Of a DNA stretch of 64,000 nucleotides, positions 1 to 13,825 are shown in pieces (the stretch's first letter is position 1; the number at the start of each line of letters is the position of its first letter). This DNA is from the human T2T-CHM13v2.0 reference genome, Homo sapiens: NCBI RefSeq assembly GCF_009914755.1, contig NC_060926.1; one strand, 5' to 3'. A model generated the notes under the pieces. That model was not told where the DNA came from, searched no databases, and saw nothing but the letters and a program-made list of their open reading frames with translations. Both the position numbers and the translations under genes were made by a program.

Positions 1-860
1 AGAAAGAAATGCTCAGAACCTGATGTATTCACTGGTAAATTTGACCAAACATTTATGGTAATTATGCCAATCATTCTCAAACTCTTCCAAAATTGAAAAG
101 GAGGAAACATTTTCAAATTTATTTTACAAGGCTATCATTACCCTAATACCAAAATAAGACAAAAATTCTAAAATAAATGAAATTTATAGGCCAATATCCC
201 TGATGAAATAGCATCAAGAATCCTCAACAAAATGCTAGCAAACCAAAATCAACAGCACATGAAAGTGTTCATACACAAAATTTAAGTGGAATTTATACCT
301 GGGATGCAAGGATAATTTAATGTATGCAAATAAAGAAAGGTGATACACCACATTAACAGAATAGAAGATAAAACCATACTATCATCTCAATAAATACAGC
401 AATAGCATTTGAAAAAATGCAACATCCATTCATGATAAAAATTCTCAGCAAATTGGGTATAAAAAGAATGAATCTCCACACGATAAAGGACATACATGAC
501 AACACCACAGCTAATATTATACTTAATGGTGGCAAGCTGAAAACTTTTCTTATAAGATCAGGAAGAAGATGAGGAAGCCCACTCTCACCACATATATTCA
601 ACACAGTACTGGATGTTTTAACCAGGACAATTAGGAAAGAGAAATAAATAAAAGACATCTAATTGGAAAGGAAGAAGTTAAATTGCCTTAATATGACACA
701 ATCATATATAGAAAACCTAAACACTCCCTCAAAAGAGTATTAGAGCTAATAAATGGATTCAGTAAAGTTTAGAATAGAAAATCATCATACCAAAATAGTA
801 GTGTCTCTAAACAGTAACAAGAAACTATCTGAAAAAGCAATCAAGAAAATGATTTCACTC
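1..860 (+). mobile_element. Old LINE-1 (L1M-type) ORF2 fragment, RT region; host of the nested L1PB
   Basis: Degenerate ORF2 motifs (aggccaatatccctgatg, aaaatgctagcaaacc, cctgggatgcaagg, attggaaaggaagaagttaaattg) with many stops; resumes at 6967. Confidence 0.9.
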
Positions 861-1739
861 TTCTCCTGCCCACTCTGGCCCATGCTTGGCTAAGGTCCAT
901 GGGTGCCTGTGGGCTATCCAGTGAGTAGGCAACTCTGTGCTGCCAGACCACCCAGCTCAGGTCTCAGCACCCAGCACAACTGTGCCCCTCCTCCTCCAAG
1001 AGAGAAAGATGGCAGATAAGAGGCAGGGCTAACGTGCAGCTCCCACTTGGACAGATGGAACAACATGTGGAGACTCACGCTATGGACTTTTGCTCCAAGA
1101 ACCACTGCAGGAACCTACCAGGAAAACCTAAGTAATTCAAATATCCTTGAAAGAAGCAGCACACTGCTGCAAACTCCACAAGACAGATAAAAAACATGGG
1201 TGCTCTCTTGCAAGCACCACCTCCTGACTGGAGGCCAACCAACTTAAGACATTACAGTAACTCATGACAGAATAACCCTGCTTCAAGGAAAGAGAAAACA
1301 ACAGGTAATTCCACTGCCTGAAACATCCTAGCTAATAAGAAGTCCTGAGTCTGTGCACATGACAACTTCACTGCTAGTATAACAAGCATTCAAGAAAGCC
1401 ATCACACTAAACACATCTACCACCAAGGACTCTCATATAGTCTACTTCACTCCCCTGACACCTACATGAAAGCAGGTGCTGTTATCCATGCCTGGAAGAC
1501 CTGAAGATGGATCACATCACAGGGCATTTTGCAGACATTCTCCAGCAACAGCCCAGAATCTGATAGCCCCGCTGGGTGACTAAGCCCAGAAGAGCTATAA
1601 CAATCTCTGCAGTCTCCCAAAAAGCCTTATCCCTAGGGAAAGGGGGAGTGCACCACATCAAGGAATCACCTCATGGGACAAAAGAATCTGAACAGTAGCT
1701 CTTGGGTTACAGATTTTTCCACTGAAAAGGTCTAACCAA

Positions 1740-2760
1740 ATGAGATGAAATCAGAAAAGTAAGTCTGATAATATTACATAACTAGGTTTTATAAAACCCC
1801 ACAAATACCACACTGGCTCCCCGGCAATGGACCCTAACCAAGAAGAAATCTCTGAATTGCCAGATAAAGAATTCAGAAGATTGATTATTAAGCTACTCAA
1901 GGAGGTATCAGAGAAAGGTGAAAAACAACTTACAGAAATAAAGAGAAGAAAAATACAGGATATAGATGAGAAAGTCTCTGGGGAAATAGATACCATAAAG
2001 AAAAAACAATTACAACTTCTGGAAATGAAAGACACACTTAAAGAATACAAAATGCATTGGAAACTTTCAACAACAGACTAGAACAAGTAGAAGAAAGAAC
2101 TTCAGAGCTCAAAGATAAAGCTTTTAAATTAACCCAATCAGACAAAGACAAAGAGAGAAAATTTTAATGAACGAAGCCTCCAAAAAATTTGGGATTATGT
2201 TAAATAGCCAAACCTTAGAATAATTGGTGTTCCTGAGAAAGAAGAGAAATCTAGAAGTTTGGGCAACTCATTTGAGGGAATAATCGAGGAAAACCTTCCT
2301 GGCTTTATTAGAGATCTAGACATCCAAATATAAGAAGCTCAAGGAACACCTGGGAAGTTCATTGCAAAAAGATCATCACTTAGGCACATAGTCTTCAGGT
2401 TATCTAAAGCCAAGATGAAGGAAAAAATCTTAAGAGCTGTGAGGCAAAACATCAGGTAACCTACAAAGGAAAACCTATCAGATTAACAGCAGGCTTCTCA
2501 GCAAAAACCACACAAGGCAGAAGGAATTTTAGGTCCTATCTTTAGCCCCACCAAACAAAATAATTGCTACAAAAGAATTTTGTATCCAGCAAAACTAAGC
2601 TTCATAAATGAAGGAGCAATAAAGTGTTTTTCAGACAAACAAATAGTGAGAGAATTCACCATTAACAAGCCAGCACTGAAAGAAATTCTAAAAGGAGTTC
2701 TAAATCTTGAAGCAAAACCTTGAAATACAACAAAATAGAAACTCCTTAAAGCATTAGTCT
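1740..2760 (+). pseudogene. L1 ORF1p remnant (L1PB)
   Basis: ORF 1827-2081 MDPNQEEISELPDKEFRRLIIKLLKE coiled coil; downstream IIGVPE and RILYPAKLSF motifs, broken by stops and frameshifts; end approximate. Confidence 0.85.
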
Positions 2761-2825
2761 CACAGGGCTGATAAAACAATAACACATTGAAAAACAAACA
2801 AGGTATTCAGGCAACAAATAGTGCA

Positions 2826-5800
2826 ATGAATAAAATAGAACCTCATATCTCAATACTAATGTTGAATGTAAACGGCTTAAATACTACAATTAAAAGACAC
2901 AGAATAGCAGAATAAATAAAAGTACACCAACCAAGTATCTGCTGTCTTCAAGAGACTCTCCTAATGCACAAAAACTCAAGTAAATTTAAGGTAAAGAAGT
3001 GGAAAAGATATTCCATGCAAATGAAAGTGAAAAGTAAGCAGTTGCTATTCATATATTAGGCAAAACAGACTTTAAAGCGACAACAGTTAAAAAAGACAAA
3101 GAAAGACACTATAAATAATAAAAAAAATCAGTCCAATAGGAAAATATCACAATCCTAAATACATATGCACCCTACAGTGGAGGTCCCAAATTTATAAAAC
3201 AATTATCACTACACCTAACAAAAGAGATAGATGTCAACACAGAATAGTGGGAGAAGTCAATATTCCACTGCAAGCACTAGACAGGTCATCAAGACGGACA
3301 GTCAACAAAGAAGCAATGTACTTAAACTATACCCTAAGACGAATGGATTTAAGAGTTATTTACAGAATATTCTACCAAATAACTTCAGAATATACATTTT
3401 TGTCATTAGCAATGGAATATTCCTCAAGCTAGACCATAGGATAGGCCATGAAACACGTCTCAATAAATTTAAGGAAGCTGAAATTATATCAAGTACCCTT
3501 TCAGACCACAGGGGAATAAAGCTGAAAATTAGCTCTGAAAGGAACCCTCCAAACTAAACAAAAACATGGAAATTAAATAACATGCTCCTGAATGATTTTT
3601 GGGTCAACAATAAAATCAAGATGTAAATTTAAAAACTCTTTAAACTGAATGATAATAGAGACAAAACTTACCAAAACCTCTGTGATACAGAAAAAGTGGT
3701 GCTAAGAGGAAAGTTCATAGCACTAAATGCCTACATCAAAAGGTCTGAAAGATTACATATTGACAACTTAATGCCACAGCTCAAGGAACTAGAGAAACAA
3801 GAACAAACCAAACCCAAACCCAGCAGAAAAAAAAAATAACAAGAATCAGCACAGAACTAAAAAATATTGTAACAAAGAAAAATACAAAAGATTAATGAAA
3901 CAAAAAGCTGGTTCTTCGAAAAGATACACAAAATCGATAGACCATTAGCAAAATAAACCAAGAAATGAAGAAAGAAGATCCAAATACGCTCAATTAGAAA
4001 CAAAACAAGAGATAGTACAACCAATACAAGAGAAATATAAAAGATCATTCAAAGCTACTATAAACACCTTTACATGCACAAACTAGAAAATCTAGAGGAA
4101 ACGCATAAATTCCTGGAAATATACAATCCTCCTAGATTAAGCCAAGAAGAAATAGAAACTCTGAACAGACCAATAACAAGTAGCAAGATTGAAACAGTAA
4201 TAAAAAATTTGCCCACCAGAAAAAGTCCAGGACCAGATGAAGTCACAGCTGAATTCTATCAGGCATTCAAAGAAGAATGGGAACCAATCTTGCTAAAACT
4301 ATTTCAAAAGATAGAGGAAGAGAGAATTCTCCATAAATCATTCTATGAAGCCATATTACTCTAGCAAAATCAGGAAAGGACATAACAAGAAAAAGAAAAC
4401 TACAGACCAATATCCTTGATAAATATAGATGCAAAAATCCTCAACAAAATACTAGCTAAGTGAGTCCAACAGCATATCAAAAAGATAATACACCATGATT
4501 AAGTGCATTTCATACCAGGGATGCAGGGATGGTTTAACATACAAAAGCCAATAAATGTGATACATCACATAAACAGAATTAAAAATAAAAATCATATGAT
4601 CATCTCAATAGATGCAGAAAAAAAAATTAGACAAATTCCAGCATTGAATTATGATTAAAACCCTCAGCTAAATTGGCATAGAAGGGACACACATCAAGGC
4701 AATAAAAGCCATCTATGATGAACCCACAGCCAACTTTATACTGAGTGAGGAAAAAGTTGAAAGCATTCTCCTTGAGAACTGGAACACGACAAGGATGCCC
4801 ACTTTCACCACTGCTATTCAACATTGTGCTGCAAGTCATAGCCAGAGCAATCAGGCAAGAGAAGGAAATAAAGAACATTCAAATTGGAAAAGAGGAAGTC
4901 AAGCTATCATTGTTTGACTATGATATAATCACATACTAAAAAACACTAAAGACTCATCCAAAAAGCTCCCAGATCTGAAAAATAAATTCAGTAAAGTTTC
5001 AGGATACAAAATCAATGTACACAAACCAGTAGTACTGCTCTACACCAAAATGATCAAGCTGAGAATAAAATCAAGAGATCAACCCCTGTTAAAACAACTA
5101 CAAAAATATATATACTTAAGAATATACCTAACCAAGGAGGTGAAAAATTTCTACAAGGAAAACTACAAAACACTGCTGAAAGACATCATAGATGACATGA
5201 AGAAATGGAAACACATCCCAAGCTCATGAATAGGTAGAATGAATATTGTGAAAATGACCATACTGCCAAAATCAATTTACAAATTCAACACAATTCCCAC
5301 TGAAATACCATCATCATTCTTCACAAAAGTAGAAAAACAATTCTAAAATTCATATTGAACCGGAAAAGAGCCCTCATAGCCAAAAAAAAGACTAAGCAAA
5401 AAGCACACATCTGGAGGCATCTTATTACCCAATTTCAAATTATATTGCAAGGATATAGTTAAACAAAACAGTATTGTACCCATATAAAAATAGGCACAGA
5501 GATCAATGGAAAAGAATAGAAAACCCAGAAAAAAAATCAATACTTACAGCATACTGATCTTTAACAAAGCAAACAAAAACATAAAGTGGGGAAAGGATAT
5601 CCTTTTCAACAAATTATACTAGGATAATTGGCAAGCCAGATGTAGAAGAATAAAGCTGGATCCTCATCTTTCACCTTAATCAAAAAATCAACTCATGATA
5701 GATCAAAGACTTAAGTCTAAGACCTGAAATCATAAAAATTCTAGAAGATAACATCAGAAAAACTCTTATAGACATTGTCTTAGGCAAAGAATTTATGATC

Positions 5801-6712
5801 AAAAATCCAAAAGCAAGTGCAACAAAAACAGATAAATAGATGGGACCTAAATAAACTAAAAATCTTCTGCACAGAAAAATAAATAACCAGCAGAGTAAAA
5901 AGCAACCCACAGAATGGGACAAAATATTCACAAACTATGAATAATATTCAGAATCCAGGACTAATATCCAGAATCTACAAGGGACTCAAACAAATCAACA
6001 AGAAAAAAACAAATAATCCCATCAAAATGTGGGCAAAGGACATGACACGAATAGATAATTCTCAAAAGAAGATATACATATGGCCAACAAACACATGAAA
6101 AAATGCTCAATATCATTAATTATCAGGGAGATACAAATCAAAACCACAATGAACTATCACCTTACTCCTGTAAGAATGGCCATATTTAAAAAAAAAAAAA
6201 AAAAAAAAAAAAGAAGCAGTTCCTCGCATGAATTTGGTGAAAAGGGAACACTTTTACATACTGGTGGAAATGTAAACTAGCACAACCACTGTGGAAAATA
6301 GTATGGAGATTTCTTAAAGAACTAAAAGTAGACCTACCATTTGAACCATCAATCCCACTACTGGGTATCTACTCAGAGGAAAATAAGTCATTATATGAAA
6401 AAAAACAGTTGCACATGCATGTTTGTAGCAGCACAATTCACAAATTTCAAAAATATCAAACCAGCCTAAATGCTCTTCTACCAACAAATGAGTGAATAAA
6501 GAAAACATTGTATATACATAGATATAGATATATGGCATGATATATATATATATCATATATTATATATATCATAAAATACTACTCAGCCATAAAAAGGAAT
6601 GAAACAATGGCATTCATAACAACCTGGATCAAGTTGGAGACCATTATGCTAAGTGAAGTAACTCGGGAAAAAATTCAAACATCGTATCTTCTCACTTGTA
6701 AGTGGGACCTAA
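2826..6712 (+). pseudogene. L1 ORF2p (endonuclease/RT) remnant (L1PB)
   Basis: [36 protein letters not shown] and decayed FADD (LFDYD) motifs; many stops and frameshifts; A25 run at 6188-6212. Confidence 0.9.
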
Positions 6713-6966
6713 ACTATGAGGACACAGATGCATGAAAATGATATAATGGACCTTGGAGACTTGAGGACAAGAGTGGGAGGGAATTGAGGGGGTTGAGGGA
6801 TAAAAGACTATACATTGGCTGCAGTGTACACTGCTTGGGTGAGGGGTGCATCAAAATCTCAGAAATCAGCACTAAAGAAATTTTCCATGTAACCAAACAC
6901 CACTTGTTCCCAAAAACTTTTGAAATAAAAATAATTAAATACATATATTTAAGAGTTTAGAAAAAA

Positions 6967-8045
6967 AAGAAAACAATTCCATTCATAATAGCATCTGAAA
7001 AAAAAAACTTAGAAATACATTTAACCAAGGAAGTGAAAGATCTTAACACTGAAAAACCACTCATTAAAGAAATTGAACCGGACACAAATAAGTAAAAAAA
7101 TTCCATATTCATGGATTGGAAGAATTGGTAGTGTTAAAATGCCCATACTACCCAAAATGATCTTCAGATTCAATATAATGCCTATCAAAATTTTAATGAC
7201 ATTTTTTTCACTAAAATAAAAAGCAATCCTAAAATTCATATGGACTGGAAAAAGAATTGAATAGCCAAAGCAATACTGAGTAAAAATAACAAAGCTAGAG
7301 GTGTCACACTACCTGATTTCAAAATATACTACAAATATTTATTAAGCAAAACAGCATGATACAGGAATAAAAGACATATTGACCAATAGAAGACAACAAA
7401 GAACCCAGAAGTAAATCTACACACTCATGGTCAAGTGATCTTTGATACAAGTGCTAAGAACACACGATAGGGAAAGGAAAGTTATTTTTATAAATGTTGT
7501 TGGAAAAACTGAATACCCACATGTAGAAGAAGGAAATTAGAATCTTAATCCCCCATCATGTGCAAATATCAACTGAAAGTGGATTAAATGTTTAAGTGTA
7601 ATACCTGTAACTATAAACCTACTGGAAAATCATATATGGACCAGGTGTGGTGGCTCATGCCAGTAATCCCAGCACTTTGGGAGGCCAAGGTGGGATGATT
7701 GCTTGAGCTCCAGAATTTCAGACCAGGCTGGACAACATGGCAAGACCCCATCTTTACAAGAAATACAAAACATTAGCTGGTATGGTGATGCATACCGATA
7801 ATCCCAGCTTCTTGGGGGACTACATAGGGAAAGAAAGTTCTTGACACTGATATGGGCAATAGATTTTTGGATATGAATCCCAAAACATGGGCAACACAAG
7901 AAAAATAGACAAATGGGACTGCCTCAAACTAAAAGCTTCTGCATACCAAATGAAACAATCACCGGAGTGAAGAGACAACCCACGGACTGGACAAAAGTGT
8001 TTGCAAACCATAAATCTGTTATGGTATTAGTATCCAAAATGCTTA
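6967..8045 (+). mobile_element. Continuation of the older L1M ORF2, interrupted by an Alu at 7638-7821
   Basis: Resumes where 1-860 stopped (aagaaaacaattccattcataatagc); catggattggaagaat, aaattcatatgga, tagccaaagcaatactgag. Confidence 0.85.
7638..7821 (+). mobile_element. Old Alu (AluJ-like), 3'-truncated within the right monomer
   Basis: ggaccaggtgtggtggctcatgccagtaatcccagcactttgggagg; gattgcttgagc J-type motif; no poly(A), L1 resumes directly. Confidence 0.85.
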
Positions 8046-8512
<467 letters not shown>

Positions 8513-10168
8513 GGATGATGTACAGTGGATTACCCAATTTCAGGGTTGGACAGTAAACATGGGGGTGGGTAACTCCAAGCTGGAGATCCTTGAAGAATAA
8601 ACTATGTCTATCCAAGGGGTCCCCGCCAAATAACTGCCAGAATTTTGAATGCAAGCCCATACTCCTCACCATTGAAAATCCAGCCGTTGTAGACCAAGAA
8701 CCAAAAGTAGCCTCTTGGGTATATGGGTTAGGGGTAGAAATCACAGTGAAAGACCCCAGGGTAATTTGTTCTGAAACTTATCAAGAACTCGACCTCCCAT
8801 TTGCCTGGGACTACTCCAACCCCAGAACCTAACAAACACTTTAGTTCATCAAATAATGACCCTAAAAGAGTAGAAATAATTGAAGTAAAGAATTTACATC
8901 AAACCTTAGAAATTGAGACAGGGTAAAAAGATGTGAATGCCTGAGTGGAATGGGTCAAATTTTCAGTAGAAACCCTTAAGAAGAGTAAGTGCTACGCGTG
9001 TGCTGTGGGACAACCTCAGACGCAGGTGGTTCTGTTTCCCCTACGATGGGATGCTGATGCTGAAGGAATGCACTGCATGTTGGCTTCACACCAGTACAAG
9101 GAGGCATGGTGAAATGAGACTTGTAAGAGTCTGTCATTGCTCTTTCCCACACTGGGGATGTCAGATCCCAGAGCAATCCCCTTGTTCTCTGTAGGAAATA
9201 CAAACCACTCCTCTTGCCTTTTTAGGCAGGGGGCAGAGTTCAGTAAGCCCATAGAGAACTCTCGACTTGTACCCACATCCTAAATGTCACTAGTGAGTCA
9301 GGCAATGGACATTACCCAGCTCTCCATATACCTTGGGCTGATGTCTGGTGGTATTGCAGGAAGGGGAACCTCCATAACCTGTTACCATCCAATTGGACTG
9401 GGACTTGTACTTCAGTTCAATTGGCCATTTCCTTCACCCTGATGTTCCATAAAATATCCAAAAATACACATGGCCATCAAAACTGGAGACACTTGACAAA
9501 TTCTTTTGATCACAATATATATGTTGACTCAATAGGAGTTTCTAGGGGGGTGCCTAATGAATTTAAGGTCCAAAACCAAATAGCTGCTGGGTTTGAGTTA
9601 GCACTTTTCTGGTGGTCAATTATTAATAAAAATGTAGATTGGATTAATTATATTTATTATAATCAACAGAGATTCATCAGTTATAATCAGGATGCCTTCA
9701 AAGGGGTGGCTAGCCAGTTAGATGCCACCAGCCAAATGGCCTGGGAAAACAGGTGTGCACTAGACATGATACTAGCAGAAAAGGGGGCATATGTATTATG
9801 CCGGGTGGGAAATGTTGTACTTTCGTTTCCAAAAATACTGCCCCAGATGGAACCATTACAAAAGCGTTACAAGGACTGACACTCTCACCAAGGAGCTGGC
9901 AGAAAATGCTGGAATTGATGACCCTTTTACTGGTTGGCTGGAAGGTTAGTGAGGGAAATGGAAAGGCATGGTAGCTTCAGTTCTTACATCTTTCATAATT
10001 GTAGCAGGGGTCTTAACGGCAGTGGGATGCTGTATTATGCCTTATATAAGGGGACTGGCACAAAGGTTAATTGAAATAGCTATTAACAAACAAATGTCCA
10101 TGACCTACCAACAAAATAATTTACTGCTGTTAGACACCAAACCAGACTATGAAGAAGAAAGTAACTAG
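8513..10168 (+). pseudogene. Class I (ERV1) endogenous retrovirus env remnant, ERVPABLB-1/HERV-R(b)-like
   Basis: CYAC (CXXC) near 8990; YVDSIGVSRGVPNEFK..QIAAGFE..WWSIINKNVDWINYIYYNQQRF; immunosuppressive-like WENRCALDMILAEKG; frameshifted CX6CC (CIMPGGKCC); hydrophobic TM segment in ORF 9968-10168. Confidence 0.85.
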
Positions 10169-10242
10169 TCTTAAAACGATTTGAGGATCCAAGAACCCAA
10201 AGATTAAAGTGAAAATAAGACAAAAAAAATTAGGAGGGAACT

Positions 10243-10699
10243 TCTGAGAAAACATTTTAATGGTCCGGTTTCAAGACATGATAGATGTAAGTACTGGCAG
10301 CTAGCCTGCATACGTGACAAACCACACGGCTCATGCACCTAGAAAGTCATGATAAGCAAACAGAATGTAGAGAAGAGGTCAGCCCATAAAAGGGAATAAA
10401 GTTTCATTATTGGGAAATCAAAACTTAAGCAGGAAAGGGGACCTGGGTATGACGTTACAAGGGGATAATGAAACTTAGGCAACATCCAGGAAGATTGTAA
10501 CCCCATGGTATTCAACCAATGAGGAACTGGGGGAGGGACTTGCATGCTAGGAAATAAATTGCCCGCTGTAACTGCCCCAGGTATGCCTGCCTACCAGATA
10601 CCCGATCTTGCAAGACTGACATTAAAAGTCTCGCTTCAGCTGTTCTTTGTGTCTCTGAGTCCATTCTTTGGGTATGGATGGGTGAATGTGTTTCTCACA
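10243..10699 (+). mobile_element. 3' LTR of the truncated ERV1 provirus (457 bp)
   Basis: Preceded by purine tract aggagggaa; terminal inverted repeat t(c)tgagaaa...tttctcaca; CCAAT near 10516; ATTAAA at 10621. Confidence 0.85.
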
Positions 10700-10898
10700 A
10701 TATACTTTAAGGAAAATGTCTGTTATTCTAAATGGAGACATTATCCCTAATGCAGAATAAGGCATAGTTTTAAGAAGTTTGGGGCATTCTGAACAATGTA
10801 AGATATTTAATTTAGTAGGAAAGATAATGTAATCATTTTTCTAAAAATAAAGCAGTGGAAAATTCCAAGGGCCTAAGTTCTTTTTTATATATTTAAAT

Positions 10899-11960
10899 AA
10901 GCGTTTTGTTTTAGAATAGTTTTAGATTTATACAAAAGTTGCAAAGATAGCACAGAGTTTCTATATATCCCACAGCTAGGTCCTCCTACTATTAGTGTCT
11001 TCATTTATTGTGATACATTTGTCACAATTAATGAACTAATATTGGTACATTATTATTAACTAAAGTTTATACTTTGTATAGATTTTCCTAGTTTTTACCC
11101 AACATCCTTTTCTATTCCAGAGTCCAATACAAGATTAACACTTTACATCTAGTTGTCATATTTCTTAGTCTCCTCGGGCCTCTAACAGTTTTTCAGACTT
11201 GTTCTGGTTTCAATGACATTGATAATTTGGAATTATATTGGTCAGGTATTTTGTAGAATACTCCTTTAATGAAATGTGTCTGATATTTTTCTTATAGTTA
11301 AAAAGGGGTTATAGGATTCTGGAAGAAAAACCACAGAGGTAAAATTCCATTTTAGTCAGATTATTTGAAAGGTAAAGACACACACTATCAATATGATTTA
11401 CTACTGTTGGTGCTGATGTTGGTAACGTGGCTGAAATAATTCTTATAACTTTTCTCCAAATTTTTGATGCTGCCATTGGTAAATTGGCTAAAGTAGTTTC
11501 TATAAGTTTTCACCACTGTAAAGTAACCTCCCTTCTTTTCATACTGTAGCCTATGAAAGGAAGCCATTATGTGTAGCTGATGCCTGTGGAATGATAACTA
11601 TGTTCCATTTCCTTGAAGGCAGAATAGCTACACAATTATTTGAAATTCTGTACAGGAAATTTGTTCCTTCTTTTATACACACATACACACACACATATGC
11701 ACAGTTATGTGTGTGTATTACTGATATATATATATCTGTTAGTTATTACTCATCAATATTGTTTTATATATATAGATATAACCATAATAACTCATGGATA
11801 TTTATTTTATATTTTGGATTATAATTCAATACTATGTTATTATTATTATTATTATTACTTTGCTCAAAATTTTCCAACTTTGGTCATTGGGAGAGCTTAC
11901 TGTATGACATCTTGGTGATTTCCTCACCCAGCCCTAGAATCAGCCATTTCTCCCAGGAGA
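10899..11960 (-). mobile_element. Old L1 3' end (L1MC4-like)
   Basis: ttttagaatagttttagatttatacaaaagttgcaaagatagcacagag ... cccagccctagaatcagccatttctcccaggag. Confidence 0.75.
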
Positions 11961-13559
11961 AGGGTCTAATTTTAAACTCTGAATATTTTACAATGACTGC
12001 GTGGATGCACTAATTTATACCATTTCTGAAAGGAATCAGTTATATTTTTGAAAGTCTAGAAATTCTAAATCCTCCAACATTCATTAACAAGTACTCTTGC
12101 TGCAATTTAGAGAAAGCTACATGAGTTTATATGCATTTATTTTATTCTCTGCTATTTCATTCTTACCAATATCATTTTCTCATCTTCAAGTATTTCTTCT
12201 TTTATTCAAGGTGCTTCCATTTTTCTATTAAATAAAAAAGTACAGAATGTGCTTTAAAGTCTTTGTATAAATGACATTACTAGCTCTACTTTGCTCAAGT
12301 GTTCTGTCAGAGGTATTGGCACAGTGCTGCAATTTTTATACTCAAGAAATACAAATGTCTTGGTTTCAGGCATATTACATTTGCTTTTCAAATAGATGTC
12401 TTCTATTCAAACAGAATTGAGCCAGAGTGTATTAGAAATCTAAGAATTACAGACAACCGTCTTTCTACCACTTTAATACTAAATACAATTATTGCAAGCA
12501 GTGCACATAGAATGTCATCCTAATTTTTCTCCCAACACGAAAAGATATTTTTGACAATGCATTGCAACTTCCTATGATGTTCTACATCAATGACAACCTC
12601 AGTTTTTCCCCATAGCTTACCAAGATTCTATTCAAATGAATCAACCTCATTTCACCTGATAATAGGAAACAAGGAGAACGCTGGTTGTTTAAAATTCAAA
12701 GATCACCCTAAAGTTACAATGTATACAATTTACAAATCTCCTTCATATAAACATTTGCTTTTTATCAAATTATTTATCAGAATTGTCAACTCCTAGGAGA
12801 GATGTGTTAGAGGTGAATTACTCCTTCCTCCCCCAGCACTGAAATGTGAAAATTAGGAAAATCAAGAATCTTATATCTTCCAGAATTGAACCAGTACTTC
12901 TGAACCATTCCAGACTTTACAATAATCTCTTCTGAAAGGGAACATTAATAAGAAAGAAGAATTCATTCTAACCCTATTATGCCTTTCTGAAGTTAAAGAC
13001 TAATGCTCACAGTAATCTAATAGAAAGGTTACAGGATAATGTCTTCTATTTCTATCAGAGTCACTGCAAATAGAAGGGTTTCATTCTCATGAAATGAGAA
13101 TTTAGCCAATTTACCGAAGCATGGGAAAACTGACAATAAAGAAAACAGAACCTAATTCCTGAATAAAAATAAATATAAGTTGGCTACAAAGAATAAAGGA
13201 GTCAGCTGACATCTCACTGAATACTAGGTTTATATCTTCACTGCTCTATGTTGGTGAAAAGCTTTTCATATTTTAAAATCCTCTTTCCTTAACTAGACAG
13301 TAAAGTTTTCAAATAGATTTAAGGACTTATTTTAACATAAGAAAAATGAATATATTGAGTGTTTCACATATTTTTATTAATTAGCATATTATCTTGAGAC
13401 TTTTCACATTTATATATAGACTTACAAACATTTCCTTCAGAGATTGCTCTCATCAGAGCTACATCTTTCATGACCTATTATAGTAGCCATTTGCTGTAGA
13501 CATGTACAAGGAAAGTCCATTTTTCTTTCTCTGTCTCTCTCTCTCTTTAACATATACTT

Positions 13560-13825
13560 TGGATTTTCCAAATGGCCTTTTTTTAAAGTACCCATTGCTG
13601 AAAATATCATATTGTAATGCTTGTTTCCTTCAAAGAGATCATTATTCTCTGAAATCATTATGTTTGTTTATTTACTTACAATTTTATTGTCTACCTCACT
13701 TCATTAGATCTTTAATTACATAGAAGAAGGCTTTCCACTTTGGTTATAAATATATTCACAATATCTAGAACAATTTATTATGTGTAGTAGACATCCAGTA
13801 AATAATTTTGAATACATTTATGAAC
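13560..13825 (+). mobile_element. L2 3' end fragment
   Basis: Ends tctagaacaat...gtagtagacatccagtaaataattttgaatacatttatgaa, resembling the L2 terminus; very diverged. Confidence 0.5.

Larger units (their letters stand above)
998..6966 (+). mobile_element. Near-full-length decayed LINE-1, L1PB-type (L1PBa-like 5' end)
   Basis: 5' end aagatggcagataagaggcagggctaacgtgcagctcccact; ORF1 and ORF2 remnants; L1PB-type 3' UTR (aaaatctcagaaatcagcactaaagaa...accaaacaccacttgttccc) with A-rich tail; candidate TSD 843-860 / 6967-6984 (14/18 identical). Confidence 0.9.

Noticed and set aside
998-6966. Retrotransposition-competent L1
   Set aside because: ORF1 and ORF2 are broken by many stops and frameshifts; the same holds for 32651-38710, which also lacks the RT core.
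9421-9879. Domesticated syncytin-like env gene
   Set aside because: TTG start, no signal peptide, frameshift before CX6CC and upstream stops.
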